From NCBI RefSeq assembly GCF_036321535.1, contig NC_087437.1:41604001-41668000 (forward strand): 64,000 nucleotides of DNA, given 5' to 3'. The stretch is from Camelus dromedarius. Lineage: Eukaryota. The position numbers were made by a program, and so were the translations under genes. The notes below the pieces were generated by a model. It was not told the DNA's origin. It did not search any database and was given only the letters and a program-made list of their open reading frames with translations. Position 1 is the stretch's first letter; every line of letters begins with the position of its first letter. Positions 14,539 through 27,046 of this stretch are shown here, in pieces.

Positions 14539-14892
14539 TCAAAAGAAAAGCAAAATGTGGGAAAGAATGGTCACTCTGGGTTCTATCTCTTTAAACAATT
14601 TAAAAATTAACCATGTCCCATTTTGTTTGGTACTGCAGCAAACATAAGTTGGAAGTTTTAGGCAAAGAGCACCTTACTCATGTCAAAAGAGCAGACTTTT
14701 GAACATTTTTGGCAGGATTTAAAGGTATATTCAATGTAGCAAAAGCAAACGCTCAGGTTACTCATTCCCCCATTCACTCATGCGAACGTGTGTAAAGGCA
14801 CTTACTACAGGCTTACAGCTAGCAGTGCCAGGCTGTGAGGGGGACAGTGGCAGAGGCATGAGGTAAGGTCCTGCATCTAAGGGTTAGAGAGT

Positions 14893-15372
14893 TGTTGGCT
14901 CCTGGGGAGGACATTTCCCTTTGGGCTTCCTGGTGTCCATTCCCTCGGCCTCTGGAAACATCCTGATTGTGCTTTAGGAGGTGAATCCGTTCCCTACTCT
15001 GAGTTCACCAAAGCCAACAAAACGGTACCTTCCAGCCCTTGATCCCAAAGACTGGTTCAGGGCTGAGTACATAAGCCAACTCCACCCACTAGTGAAAACA
15101 AATCCAAGGACTTGCTCAGAAACGCCAGGAAGAGATTCTTTCCCTTCCACTGAACTTGGTCTGAGTGTAAGAGGCCAGTCATCTTGCTACCACCAGGGGA
15201 CCAGCCTGAGGATGGAGCAGATGCACAGGAGCTGGAGCTGAGAAGGGCCAGGAAAATGTGTCTCAGTGACATAGGCTGAACCTTGGAATCAGCCGTGCCT
15301 AACGTGGCTGATGATTACCTCTGACGTAAGCCAGACTGCATTGGACTTTTCTATCTCCAGTGACTAAACTAC
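14893..15372 (+). mobile_element. MaLR (MLT1-like) solo LTR
   Basis: 'gactggttcagggctgagtacataagccaactcc...gaaccttggaatcagccgtgcctaa...taagccagactgcattggacttttct' resembles MLT1K/J; boundaries approximate. Confidence 0.55.
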
Positions 15373-17130
15373 CCCACATGGTTACAGATTTATAGGTGCT
15401 GAAAAAAAATTCAAAACAGGAGATTAAAAAAGTCATTATCACATGTCAAATGTCAGAATTGGTGACTGCCACCAACAGGTGAAAATAAGTTATTCAAAGA
15501 AGGTGTTGGAGCCAGCAGTCTCTCAACCATGTAGGGAGAAACCCACCCCCAATATAAGAAGAGCACTGCGAGTGAGGAGGGAGAGTTTGCCTTTTTGGGG
15601 AAACACAACGATCATGATGAGAAGCAGGGAAGGCGCTATATTCACAGACCCTAAAATCATTATTTAAAAGGATTAGAGATGTCCAAACTGGTCCCCTCGA
15701 TACGTCAAAGACTGATGCTTGAGCTTTTGTCTGGGTGGCTAATGCTCTGGGGTGTGGTGGTGCCGGGAGCAGCGAGGCATCAACTCGGTGACAGAGCGGA
15801 CACGGTTTCTGCCGGCAGAGTCAAGAGGGCACAGACAGTGCCGGGGTTTGAGCCATCATGCAAGTACTACTCCAACTGAGCTGAAATGCCTCTGAAAACC
15901 AGTTATGAGAAAAAGATTTTGTGGAAGACGTAAGTGACAAGCAGAGGTCTTGTCACAGGACATGAATCAGAGTGAAGAAAAAAAATCAATTCCAAACACG
16001 GAAATAGGAAGAGGAAAGGTGAAGAGGCCATAATAAAATGTGTGAGAAGGGATGGTGAAGACCTGAGAGGCTGCCTTACAGAGAGGGTGCAACTAAAGGC
16101 ACAGAGACAAAAGGGCTTCAACTGTAAATGGAGGAGTTTGGGTTTATTTGATAAAATGAGGAGGCCCACTTATACCAAGGAGGAAGCAGAAGAAACCTGC
16201 ATCTCTGTGGATTTATTTGGCAACAGTGCACAGATGAGTGAGGATGAAATGGAGATAAGACTGCTGGTAAAGTAACTGTTACAGTGACCAATGAGAACCG
16301 CAGCCTGATGTCTGTGGTCCTCGGGAAACAGGAACGTAGTACCAGGAGGGAGATGGCAGCGCCATCACGTTTCCAACAACCAATCCTGAACCTTTTATTG
16401 TCAGAGATCAGGAAGTTCAGCATTTTTTTACAAGTACACAAACACACATGCAAGCGTTTATTAGTAGGAGTAATATATTTACATATAAATATGTATGTTT
16501 TTATATCAGTCAGTGTGTGTAGAGAGAAACGCATATACATTCATAGACATCAGGTTGAACTTTATGGAGACAAATATATACAGACAGAAAGACACACATA
16601 TATTGTATAACTATTATCTGCCAAAAGAAACATATTTATCAACACACACACACTCACTAATAAAATCTATAGTAAATGTACACTTGAGTATCCTTTCACA
16701 GTATCTTTCTTAAAATCTGTGTGTAAACAGAATTTTTGTAAATCAAACTGCTTTTTACATGTTTTGTTAATTAAAGGATATCAGTTTATAAAGTAAAATT
16801 TTACTTCTTAAAATATGAACTATCACTCCTTAATTTATTTGCTGGGTAAAATCGGTATTACTGAGTAGTGAGTCTTGTTACAACAGGCATATATTTTGTT
16901 ATAACAGGCATACAGTGACACACGGGATCATTTATTCTGACTCTTGCACACAGGATATTCTATTCTTAAAAATATATAAAAACAAAAGTAGATTCATTTC
17001 TTTTGATTGAGGATGAGTTCTAAATCACAATTTTCTACCATCTAAATTATTTCACCTTCTTCTTCACTTAAGGTTGGGAGAATAACTCTGTTTTCCGGAG
17101 AAGTCTTTTTAAAGTATTTGTAATTTCTAC

Positions 17131-17283
17131 CTTGAAAGATTATCAATTCGGAGTCCGTATTTCGTCTCCGTCTCCTTCCTGCCCATCTTAATTCTGAATT
17201 CTTTGTCTACCAGCAGGACGAAGGCAATGGCACCGCTGTCTGGTTTCATGTACAGTAAAAAGGAGTCCTTCACTATCAACCAC
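17131..17283 (-). CDS. PLD1: PLD1 exon 9 (PH domain)
   Basis: [50 protein letters not shown](R); ttctcacag acceptor, AG|gtagaa donor; 153 nt. Confidence 0.97.
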
Positions 17284-18339
17284 CTGTGAGAAGGAAGTAA
17301 GCAGTTTTAAAGTTGTACTGAACTATGGAAACAAAAGGAACAAATTATTATGACAGGTCTGAAGCATACATTCTAGCAGACAACAGACATGCTTTTATTT
17401 TTTACAAGGGAATTTATTTTTTAAAAAATCACTGTGATACAAAAAAATAAAAAATCTTTCTATTATGTTTTTCTAAGAAGTGCTGGCACCAAGCAATTCG
17501 AGACCATTCATTAGCTCTTTAAACACTAATGGCAAAGCCTGGAGGAAAGGCCCTGACATGTGCAGATGGTACTCACGGGACGCCCAGCACAAGCCATGGC
17601 TGTGGGGAAAATGGAATGGGTTGGTGTTTGCTAAAATAAACTAGCATCAAAGAAGCAAATCAGTCTCTTGGTAAGTAAAATCCCCCTTTTAAAAATCCAG
17701 GAAGCACCCAGTGCTCTACGTACTCTCTTGTTCATTTCAAATCATTTGGGGCTTTAAGGACCATTAATAAATGATGCTCAGGGGCACATGATCTCTCCAA
17801 AGTGTATGTGCATTCAATCCAGTATACGTGTAAGGGCTTCGTGATGGAAAAATACAGTGATAAGCCGGGAGTTAGGGCAGAGGTAGAAACGGCACAAAGA
17901 CAAATCAGACATGTTCTCAAAGGAGCTAGTTAGGCCAGTAGGGCACAAACAGCGACAGTTCCAGCCCGAATGGGACAGGTCTTAGGATAAGAAAGCAAAC
18001 AGGGACGTGCATAAGGAGGAGGGGTCTTTTGTTCTAAGAGAATGGGCTAATGGCATTTTCCCAAAAAGCTGATGTTTGAGTGAAGCCAGGAAGGAACACA
18101 TCAGGCAGAGCCCAAAGGGGTGGTGGAGGTGTACATCCCCCATGGAGGGAGGAGTCAGCAAAGGCACTAAGGTGTGGAAACGCTGCAGGTATTAGGAGAA
18201 CGTCTGGGGAGGGGAGGGTTTCCTGGGCTGCAGCTAGGGAAAATGGGCGGATGAGGGCAGGGGGAAGGAAACAGGCAAAGGCCACACTGAGGAGGGTTTG
18301 AAGGCCACGTGAAGGAGGCCGACTTTATATCATGGAACC

Positions 18340-18745
18340 AGTGTTCTCTCAACTTGCCTGATCATCAGAACCTCCTGAGATGTTTGTTAAAAAAAAAAAA
18401 AAATAGTAGATTTCCAGGCCCCAACGCAGATCCATTAAAAAGGCCTGTGTTTCTACCAAGACCTAGGTACTTACTAAATAAGGGAAACTTCATGCCCCTG
18501 CTAGGCAGTGGGACAATAAATCGGGAACTATGTTTTAGAAAGAAAGTATGAAGGATAAAGAGGGATGTACTGTATGTAGCAGGTTAGCAAGTCACTGCCA
18601 ACAATAGGGAACAGTGCTTCTCACACCTCGTGTCAATATGCACCGCCAGGGGACCCTGTTCAAATGCAGATTCTGATTCAGTAGGTCCGGGGCGGGCCTA
18701 AGATTCTGCATTCTAACAGATCCATAAGGTTAGTACCACACATCC
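18340..18745. mobile_element. Two MER5-family (hAT-Charlie) fragments (~18340-18460 and ~18612-18745)
   Basis: 'cagtgttctctcaacttg...catcagaacctcctg' and 'aaatgcagattctgattcagtaggtccggggcgggcctaagattctgcatt' are MER5A hallmarks. Confidence 0.75.
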
Positions 18746-20614
18746 AGTGGTAAAGATGCAGATGAAAGGTGTGACACTGACAGTGGAAAGAGTGAGAAAG
18801 GGTGGGACTGATTTAAAGTGAAAACAAATGGCAACTTTGTCAAGCGGCGTCTAACATATTTACCTGCAGTTGTGGAGTGATCAAGTGAATTGGCTGATAA
18901 CTAAATAAAGTATCGGTGGGAGTATTATATCACTTATCAGGCAATGCACAGCACATTATGAAATAGATAAGGCCAGAACACCTGAACATGAACTAAGTAA
19001 TGTTGTAAATGTAACGTGGGAACTCAGCATGTAAAAGAAATCTATAATAAATCATTACTGAAGCTGCTAACTACATTACATTTCAGTGGCTCTCGGATTT
19101 GGGATTTAATGTAGAAAAATCTACATGGATTTCCACCCAGTGTCACTTCATTCATTTGTTTTTTTAATATGTAGGCTGTGTCCTTCCCAATAAAAAGGGT
19201 GTGGGATGGATTTAGGATAATACAGTAAAGGACATACATGTGAGACGGTTAATAAAAGGAAAAGCATCAAGGTCACAGAAAGCAAACACCTAACCGCAAT
19301 GCTAGTACAATCATGGTGAAGCACGCCCATGTGGGCTTGCGCTTCCTGGTTTTTCCTATCAAATGAATAAATTAGAAATAAAGAGGTCTCTCACCAAAAA
19401 ACTAAATTCCAAAGGAAGTCTCTCACTTGGAACCTAACATAAGGCAACTGAACAATATTCATGGATAACATTCTCAAAAATTTTCAGCAAATGTAGAAAC
19501 AATACATTTTATAAGAATTCTCATAATCCTGCTCAATATAAATGCCAAGGCCATGATATCAAATGGTAACTCAGTTATTCTGATGGGGTTGAGTTATGAG
19601 TCCAGACATGTAGCTGCCTGTTGATAAAAGTCAGTTAAGGCTAAAAGAGAGTTGCTGGATCATATATCTGGTAAAAGTCCCACTCTGGCTGCAGTCCCTT
19701 GTCCCAGCTTGACTTCTGATGCAAGCTAGAAAGCAGATGGCAGGGGCCGGGCCCAGGGCACTGGTGAGCTGTGCTGCTGACTGGGAAGGAACCACAGGCT
19801 TTGAAAACCACAGCTGGCAGGTTTGCCAGTCTGCAAAAGAAAGTCACACATACCAGACTTGGGAAGTGGCCTGCCTGGAAGCAAGGATACCTGAATGGCA
19901 TCAGAGCTCGCTCTGGCCAGAGCTCCATCCACACCAAAGACAACAGTGTGGGATGGTGATGGAATAACCCCTGCCCAGTGTACAGTTCCCATCGCTGGCA
20001 TTACAGAACAAATCATAGGCTCAGGGCATAATCACCAGGGCCACGGGCTGCAAAACACGCCATCTGGAATAGGCCACCAGCTACCACTGTGGAGATGTGC
20101 CCTGCACCAAGACACCTGCTGAAGGAGGCGTGGTGTCTACTGCACCATCCTGCAGGAATAGGCACTTTTCTCTCATTTGCAGAGGCTCTGATGCCACATT
20201 CAGCAGCAGAAATGAGAGGGCTGAGTGTATGGCGGGGCCAGGCCACGGTTCAAAGCTGGGGGTGCCGTTATCATTGTATCCTATGTGAAACAGTTCCTCC
20301 TCGGCTCCTTCAAGATGTGGCAGCCTGGAAATACAGAACTGTTTAGGAATGACTACTGGATTTTGCAAGCTGACGGCAAAAGTTAATGGTTTCTGTTTTA
20401 ACAACGATGAGTTGTTCTCTGTAACAGTCATTGGATATCAGATGAATTGATGCCTGGCCTTTATTTAAAGCTCTTCTTAATTATGTCATTCAGTAAATCT
20501 CTCCTGGTTTCTTCCTTTTCTCTCTTTTGTCAATAGATTTTTTTCTCTAACAGGAAGATACGCATCAAGAAAGGACTCCATCAAGCAGCCTTCTGGGAGT
20601 CATCACCTGCTGCA

Positions 20615-20830
20615 AAGGGATTAAGCGTCTGCCTTGAAGTCAGCCTCCCTGGGCTCCAGTTCTGGTTCTGCCACTCACCTGTGTGATCTTGGGTAACTGA
20701 GCCTGAGGTCTAAATCCAGAAAGCGAGGATAACAGTAATGGCCAGTTCATAAGTGTCTGTGAGGATTCACTGAGATGATTCATGTATATTGCATAGCACA
20801 ATGCCTGGCACCAATAAATGTGAGTGTTTT
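20615..20830 (+). mobile_element. MIR SINE
   Basis: 'ggttctgccactcacctgtgtgatcttggg...gtgaggattcactgagatg...agcacaatgcctggcaccaataaatg'. Confidence 0.75.
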
Positions 20831-21019
20831 ATGAATGCTCTTGTTCTAAACCAGATGAGATTATGGTCTGTTCTAGCAAGGTGCCTTCCACCTGTGCTAC
20901 TAACTGCCATGTCATTAAAACACAGCTAGACCCACGTGATCCAGCCATCACCTTCTGAGCCTCATCTACTGTTCTCTCCAAATGTTGGTCTGGCTGGTCC
21001 TCAGACTTGCTAAACTTGT

Positions 21020-21320
21020 TCTTTGGGCTTCCACACTTGCTATTCCTCATCTAGAAATTATTTCTTCTAGATTCTCCCATGGGTGGTTCCTTCCTGTCAA
21101 TCAACCCTTTGCTTGAACATTCTTCTATGGGGAGGCTTTCCTGGGCACCTATGCAGCCCCTCCTCCATCCTGTTTAGCTTATTCATAGCACTTAGCACTC
21201 TCTGGAACTATTTATTTGTCTGCTTGTGTATGATCGCCCCTCCCCTAGACAGTGAGATCCCGGAGAGTAGGGAATGTGTGTCATGTCCACGGGTTTCTTC
21301 CCAGGGCCCAGAGTAAGTCT
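21020..21320 (+). mobile_element. L2 fragment
   Basis: 'ttcatagcacttagcactctctggaac...cccctagacagtgagatcccggagagtaggga...ccccagggcccaga'. Confidence 0.6.
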
Positions 21321-22199
21321 TCAGGTAAAGCAGCCCTCTTGCCTAAATAATGGCTGCACAAATAGGTCCCAAAGAGTAAAGAAAATCATTTAGTCACTGT
21401 CTAAAAATTGTAATTCTTGGTATAGCTCATAGTTCAGCAAATGTGAAATTTACTTCTTAAAAGCTCTTTATCTCTTTCTCTTAAGACATTACTTGAGCTA
21501 AGAAACTTATCATGTGGTCCATCAATAGGATGTGCTGTTTAAGCAGATGTTTTAAATTGTGGGAAGAAATGTTTGCTGGGTTTGTCATTTTTTGTTTTTT
21601 ATATTTGTGGCTGAGACAAGGTCATCAAGAGACTTGACTGAAAGTTTGATTGCCCTGTTTGCCCGATGTCAATTTGTCAATATAGGATATATAAAGTAAT
21701 CAGAATGGTTTTTTTTTATGGAAACAAAAATAAAAGAGAGTTATGACCTAGTGTTGCCCTTGAAAGTAACCCTCCTAGTGTGGGAAGCGTCCTAAACACA
21801 CATTGTCAGCTGCGTTTTATCATCCTTTTTCGGTGCTGATATTTTATATCACATGAATGTGACCCTGGAAATACTTACTAATATGGAACCAAGGCTTCAA
21901 TTTCCATGGAAAGATTTATACAATTTTAAATGATGACACATTTCATTCCAGGGAGAATCATATCTTTTTAGATTGTTCTGGTTGATGTCTGATTTAATCC
22001 AAAATTTAAAAAGTGGAGGAGGTATATTTCCTTTATATGACAAAGTCTACCCCACATCTTTTTGGGCTGCCCCTTCTTACAGAGGTTACAACTCAAACGT
22101 CAGTCCCTTGGCTCCTGGAGCTGAAGTCGCCCTCCGCAGTCCTCAAGTCCCTCACTACCCCATTGCCTTCTTTTCCCCTCAAGGCTCTGATCAGCACCT

Positions 22200-22362
22200 G
22201 CACTGATGTCATTCACATTGCTTGTCAGTCTCTCCACTGCCTGCATTCCCTCCAGTATTGCTCCGTGAGTGCAGGGACCTTGTCCTGTTCACCACGGTTC
22301 ACACTGCGGCTAGAACACAGCCTGGCAAACATTAGGTACTCAATAAATGACTGAATAAATGA
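22200..22362 (+). mobile_element. L2 3' end
   Basis: 'gcagggaccttgtcctgttcacc...ctagaacacagcctggcaaacattaggtactcaataaatgactgaataaatga'. Confidence 0.7.
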
Positions 22363-22391
22363 CAGATCAAGACTTCCGTTGCTTGAGTAGA

Positions 22392-22840
22392 TGTCTTAGG
22401 TAGAGTTGCTCCAGAAGTCAACTGAGACAAGGATGCAAGTGAAAGCAGGTTGGAAAGGGACTTATTAGGGAGTTTACTAAGAAGTACACGAAGGGGAGGA
22501 CAGGAAGGAAGAGCAGAAAGGGAAGATATGTTTTCATGCACTTGATTGTGGGCAGTTGGGCTGCCAACCCACTGGTGAACTCCCGGAGACAGTGCAGAGC
22601 TTGCTGCAGAACCACCCCACTAGAGTGGGGTAGGGGACTGGACTCCTGCCAGCTCCTGGCTGCGGGCTGCTCCTGGGGGCTGCAAACACTTCCAGCTTGC
22701 TCTGCTCAGGGAGCCCAAAGCAAGCCTTCAGTCAAAGACCCACAGGTGCTTGCAATCCGAAATCTGTACTTGGCACTCAGAAGCAGACTTAGGCAAAGCT
22801 GATGACTGGGGAGGAGCAGTCAGGAAGAATCTGCATCCAG
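22392..22840. mobile_element. ERVL-class solo LTR (LTR16/LTR33-like)
   Basis: Starts 'tgtcttaggtagagttgctccagaag...ctgagacaaggatgcaagtg'; internal 'ggctgcgggctgctcctgggggc'; family recalled from memory. Confidence 0.55.
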
Positions 22841-23410
22841 GCCCCAGTGGGCTGGGAAGCCCTGCCTCCCAGAGAGGCACAGCATGGGGCAGGAAGCGGG
22901 GGCAGGAACAGGCTGGCTTATACTCCATTCCTCTCCCGGGTTGGTATTTAGTGTTCCCCAGGGTTTCCCAGGGTTCTGTGAAACTGGGGGTGGGTGGGGA
23001 TGGGAAGATACCTCAAGTGGGAGTCTCTGAATTGCCTGTGATGTTACTTATACCCTAAGTTTCTGGGGACATTTATATAAGTTACAGAAGTTTATTTGAA
23101 AATAAGTATTTCCTAGTCTATTATTTCTCTTTTTATTTTAGTAAAAAAAATTTTTTTGTAGCACAGAAATTTTCAAATGTTTCTATACTAATCTCTTGAT
23201 TTTTTTCCTTCTAATTTCTTCTATCCTTTCAAAACAGAAAATAAGAGCCTAACTCAGTGGTATGTTTTGCTGGTATTGCATCTGAAATATGTTTAAAGGT
23301 AGAGGCTAGTTTTAAGTTTATATATTTTTAATATGCACATAGTTCAATTTCACATTTATACATGAGTTCATGTATCTTTTTCAAGGTTAGAGAAATAACA
23401 CGTATTTCTT

Positions 23411-23544
23411 GTTTGTTTTTGGTGGCGGGTAGTAATTAGGTTTATTTATTTATTTATTTATTTAGTGGAAATATTGGGGATTGAACACAGGACCTTGTGC
23501 ATGCCAAGTACGCATGCACTCTACCACTCAACTATGCCATCCCC
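23411..23544 (-). mobile_element. tRNA-derived camelid SINE (vic-1-like)
   Basis: The minus strand reads ggggatggcaTAGTTGAGTGGtagag...GTTCAATCCcca (A and B boxes), then (TAAA)6 and cctaattac. TSD: aacacgtatttctt (23397-23410) / aacatgtatttctt (23547-23560). Confidence 0.85.
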
Positions 23545-23799
23545 ACAACATGTATTTCTTAATGTTTTTCAAAATCCTGGTAAATTATTATTGCAACAAA
23601 CAGTTATTGTCTATTATGTTCAAAACATTGTGATACATGCTTTCAGGAACAAATAAGAATCAGATAAGAATACTGCTCCACAAGGTGTCTTTAGTTAGGT
23701 AGGACATGGGATTTGAATTAAAGTTCTCTGTCTGTATCACACTTACCATAATATACATTCTCATAAATATAACTCTAAAATTATCCCTGAACTCTGACC

Positions 23800-24785
23800 A
23801 ATTTTTATTTTTTTTAGTTTTTTTTAATGTACAGTTTAGTGTGGTTTTAGTATATTTTAGTTTAGTATATTTGTAAATGTGCACACCATCACCACTAATA
23901 CCTAATTCTAGAACATTCTCATCACCCAAAAAGAAACCCTATACCCATCAGTAGTCATTCCCCATTCTCCTCTCCCTGCAGCCCCTGGAAACCACTAATC
24001 TACTCTGTCTCTACAGAACTATTTATTCTGGACATTTCATATGAATAGATTCATATAATATGTGACCTTTTGTATCTGTTTTTATTTGCTTAGTGTAATG
24101 TTTTCAAGGTTCATTCATGATATAACATGTATCAGTACTGCATTCCTCTCTTTTCATTAAAATTTTAAAAATTTTATTCAAATATAATTCACATAATATA
24201 AAATTCACCCTTTAAAAGTGCACATTCAGTGGTTTTTTAATATATTCACAAATTTGTGCAACCATCATGGCCATCTAATTCCAGATACTTTCCAAAAAGA
24301 AACAATATACCCATTCCTTTTTATGGCCAAATAATATTCCACCATATGGATATACCACATTTTGTTTAACTGTCCATCAGCTGATGGATATTTGGGTTGT
24401 TTACACTTTTTGGCTACTCTAAATAATGCTCCTATGAATATCCATTTATCAGTTTTAATATAGGCATATTTTTTTCAGTTCTCTTTGGAAATAGCTAGGA
24501 GTGGACTTGCTGGAGCATATGGTGACTCTATGTTTAACATTTTGAGAAACTGCCACACTGTTTTCCAAAGTGGCTGCACCACTGCATTTTCACCAGCAAT
24601 GTGTGAGAGTTCCAATTTCTCTACATCCTTATCAGCACTTGCTATTGTCCACCTTTTTTATTACAGCCATCCTAGCATGTGTGAGGTTGTCTATCATTGT
24701 GGTTTTGATTTACATTTCCCTAATGACTAGTGATGTTGAGCATATTTATGTGTGCTTATTGGCCACTGTCTATGTTCTTTGGCTG
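23800..24785 (-). mobile_element. Old L1 (L1MB/L1MA-like) 3' region with a nested second 3'-end piece at ~24150-24315
   Basis: 'cccctggaaaccactaatctact', 'ttttcaaggttcattcatg', 'gaaactgccacactgttttccaaagtggctgcacc' are L1M 3' motifs in reverse orientation. Confidence 0.85.
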
Positions 24786-25023
24786 ACCAATTTTTGACTC
24801 CTATGGCTCACTGGGTTTTCGCATATATAATATAATTTGCACACTCTGCCTACAAGCCCAAGTTTGAGTAGAATGTTTAAACAGATGTTGAAACTTGGAA
24901 CTTCAAATAATTTAAAATTTGCTCTACCATGACTTTCAGAGAATTTATAATTGAAAACTAGTATGTAAAAACCCCCCAAATATCCAGTTTATTAAGACAA
25001 ACACACAAAACTCCTAAGTCCTA

Positions 25024-25134
<111 letters not shown>

Positions 25135-26105
25135 TTAACCCATCATCTTCAAATTTCCAACTCACACTTAGCTAACACAGCCTCACAACTTGGTACTAAC
25201 TAAACTGTTTCATTCTCACTTTTTCCTCTGCTCAATGCCATGTTCACTAGGCTGAGCACTCCAGCAGCTAATCTTTAAAAGCATCTGGTCAGATGGAGGC
25301 CTCTTGGCTCTGGGGGTAGCATACATAATTCTGTTGCACACACTGCAGGACCTTAAGCATCCTGCTTAGGAGGCTTCTGGCTCTACATGCTAAGTGGTCC
25401 CTCCAGTTATCATGAAAAATGCCTGCAGGAGGAAGGTTTGGCTGCTTTTGAGACCATTGGAGGTGCTCACCCCCAGATTCCAAGGTTTTTGTTATCCCTT
25501 CACCTCCAGTTCTACGACCATGCCACGCAAAGAAGCAGAGCAAAGCTACTACTTTGGAAAGAGAAATATCTTGATTTTGAAAGATGTGAAAAGAAAGAAC
25601 AGTAATAATGGCTAAACAAACAAAAAACTTAAAGCTACTACTAACAAACCTCTTTACTGAAAAAGTTAAGCTCTTAGTAACATCAAGCTTGCGTTGTGAA
25701 CAAAAATAATCATTAAGTTGATTTCAGTCTTGGTACATAACATACATTTTACACAGTATTATTTTTAGTCATGAAAGTAAGTGAAACAGCTAACTTCTAC
25801 AAGTGATTGAAGAGGGGATCTTGGATTTTTGATTTTTAATGCATTCTCCCACATATCATATTTACTACCTCTGTTAAACACCCCTCCCATGGGGTTAGGG
25901 GACATCTGTGCTATAAACCCATGAGGAGGAGGTAGGAGCAGTTGCCACCCTTTGTTTAATGTAGCAAGATACTCTGTTTTGTGTAGAGGGAAGAAAAGCA
26001 GCTATCAGTGAAGCCAGGCGAGCTCCATCACCTTGGCATGCCGATAAATCAAATGTTAATGCTCAACTTTTCACACACTTCTTAAAGATCCAACACTGGA
26101 ACTTA

Positions 26106-26246
<141 letters not shown>

Positions 26247-26985
26247 TCAAAAAACATCACTAGGAACCACTGTGTATAAACACGTCTAGGGTACTCTACA
26301 GACTAAACAGATCAATAACAATGGTATTGTCCTGAAAGAGTATGGATTAGAGCATGTACACAATTAAAACACAACCAAGAAAATGATGTGTCTAAGATGT
26401 AGAGATTAAATGCTCAAGAAGGTCATGGAGAAATCTGACAATGGTGGGAGACCATGTCAATAACAGCCTTAACAGAAAATCAAAGACAAAAAGCATACAC
26501 TCCTGGCACTAGGAGGCAGGAGATCAGACATGGAAAACCCTCCCCATGAACAGAGTTCTGTGGGAAGAACAACAGTTACATGCGAAAGTAGTTACAGAGT
26601 TACAGCGAGGGGGTGACCGCTTCCAAGCTAACGTGACATCACAGAGGAAATGGCATTTGATCTGGGCTTGTAAATAGAATTAATAAAATGAAACAACAAT
26701 TTTCCTTTAAAGTTTTGTATATGTGATTGGGACAATCCATTATTAACCTTATTAGAAAAAATTACACATCTCTCAGAGCTGTCAGTACTGTGAGGTCCAA
26801 TTAAATACTCAATTTTCTTTCTCAGGGTTATTTAAGGAAGTCCTTAAAATTCAAAAGGATTTACATACCTTTAAGAACCTCAAATCAAACATATCCTCAC
26901 AAAGTACTTTTTATAGAGTATTTTGAAAGTCAAGGTCTTCACATTTTATTTCTTGTATAAAACATGGTGATTCAGTACCATGAAC

Positions 26986-27046
26986 TTTTTTTTAATTGGA
27001 GTATGGTCAGTTTACAATGCTGTGTCAATTTCTGGTGTACAGCACA
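26986..27046 (-). mobile_element. ~60-bp L1 3' terminal fragment
   Basis: Reverse complement 'gtgctgtacaccagaaattgacacagcattgtaaactgaccatactccaattaaaaaaaa' matches the L1 end at ~10515-10570; imperfect accatgNNctttt direct repeat on the flanks. Confidence 0.75.

Noticed and set aside
19909..19922. 14-bp palindrome gctctggccagagc
   Set aside because: Palindromes of this length are expected by chance in 64 kb; no supporting context.
23460..23544. tRNA gene
   Set aside because: The A/B boxes belong to a SINE with an AT-rich tail and TSD; no intact cloverleaf.
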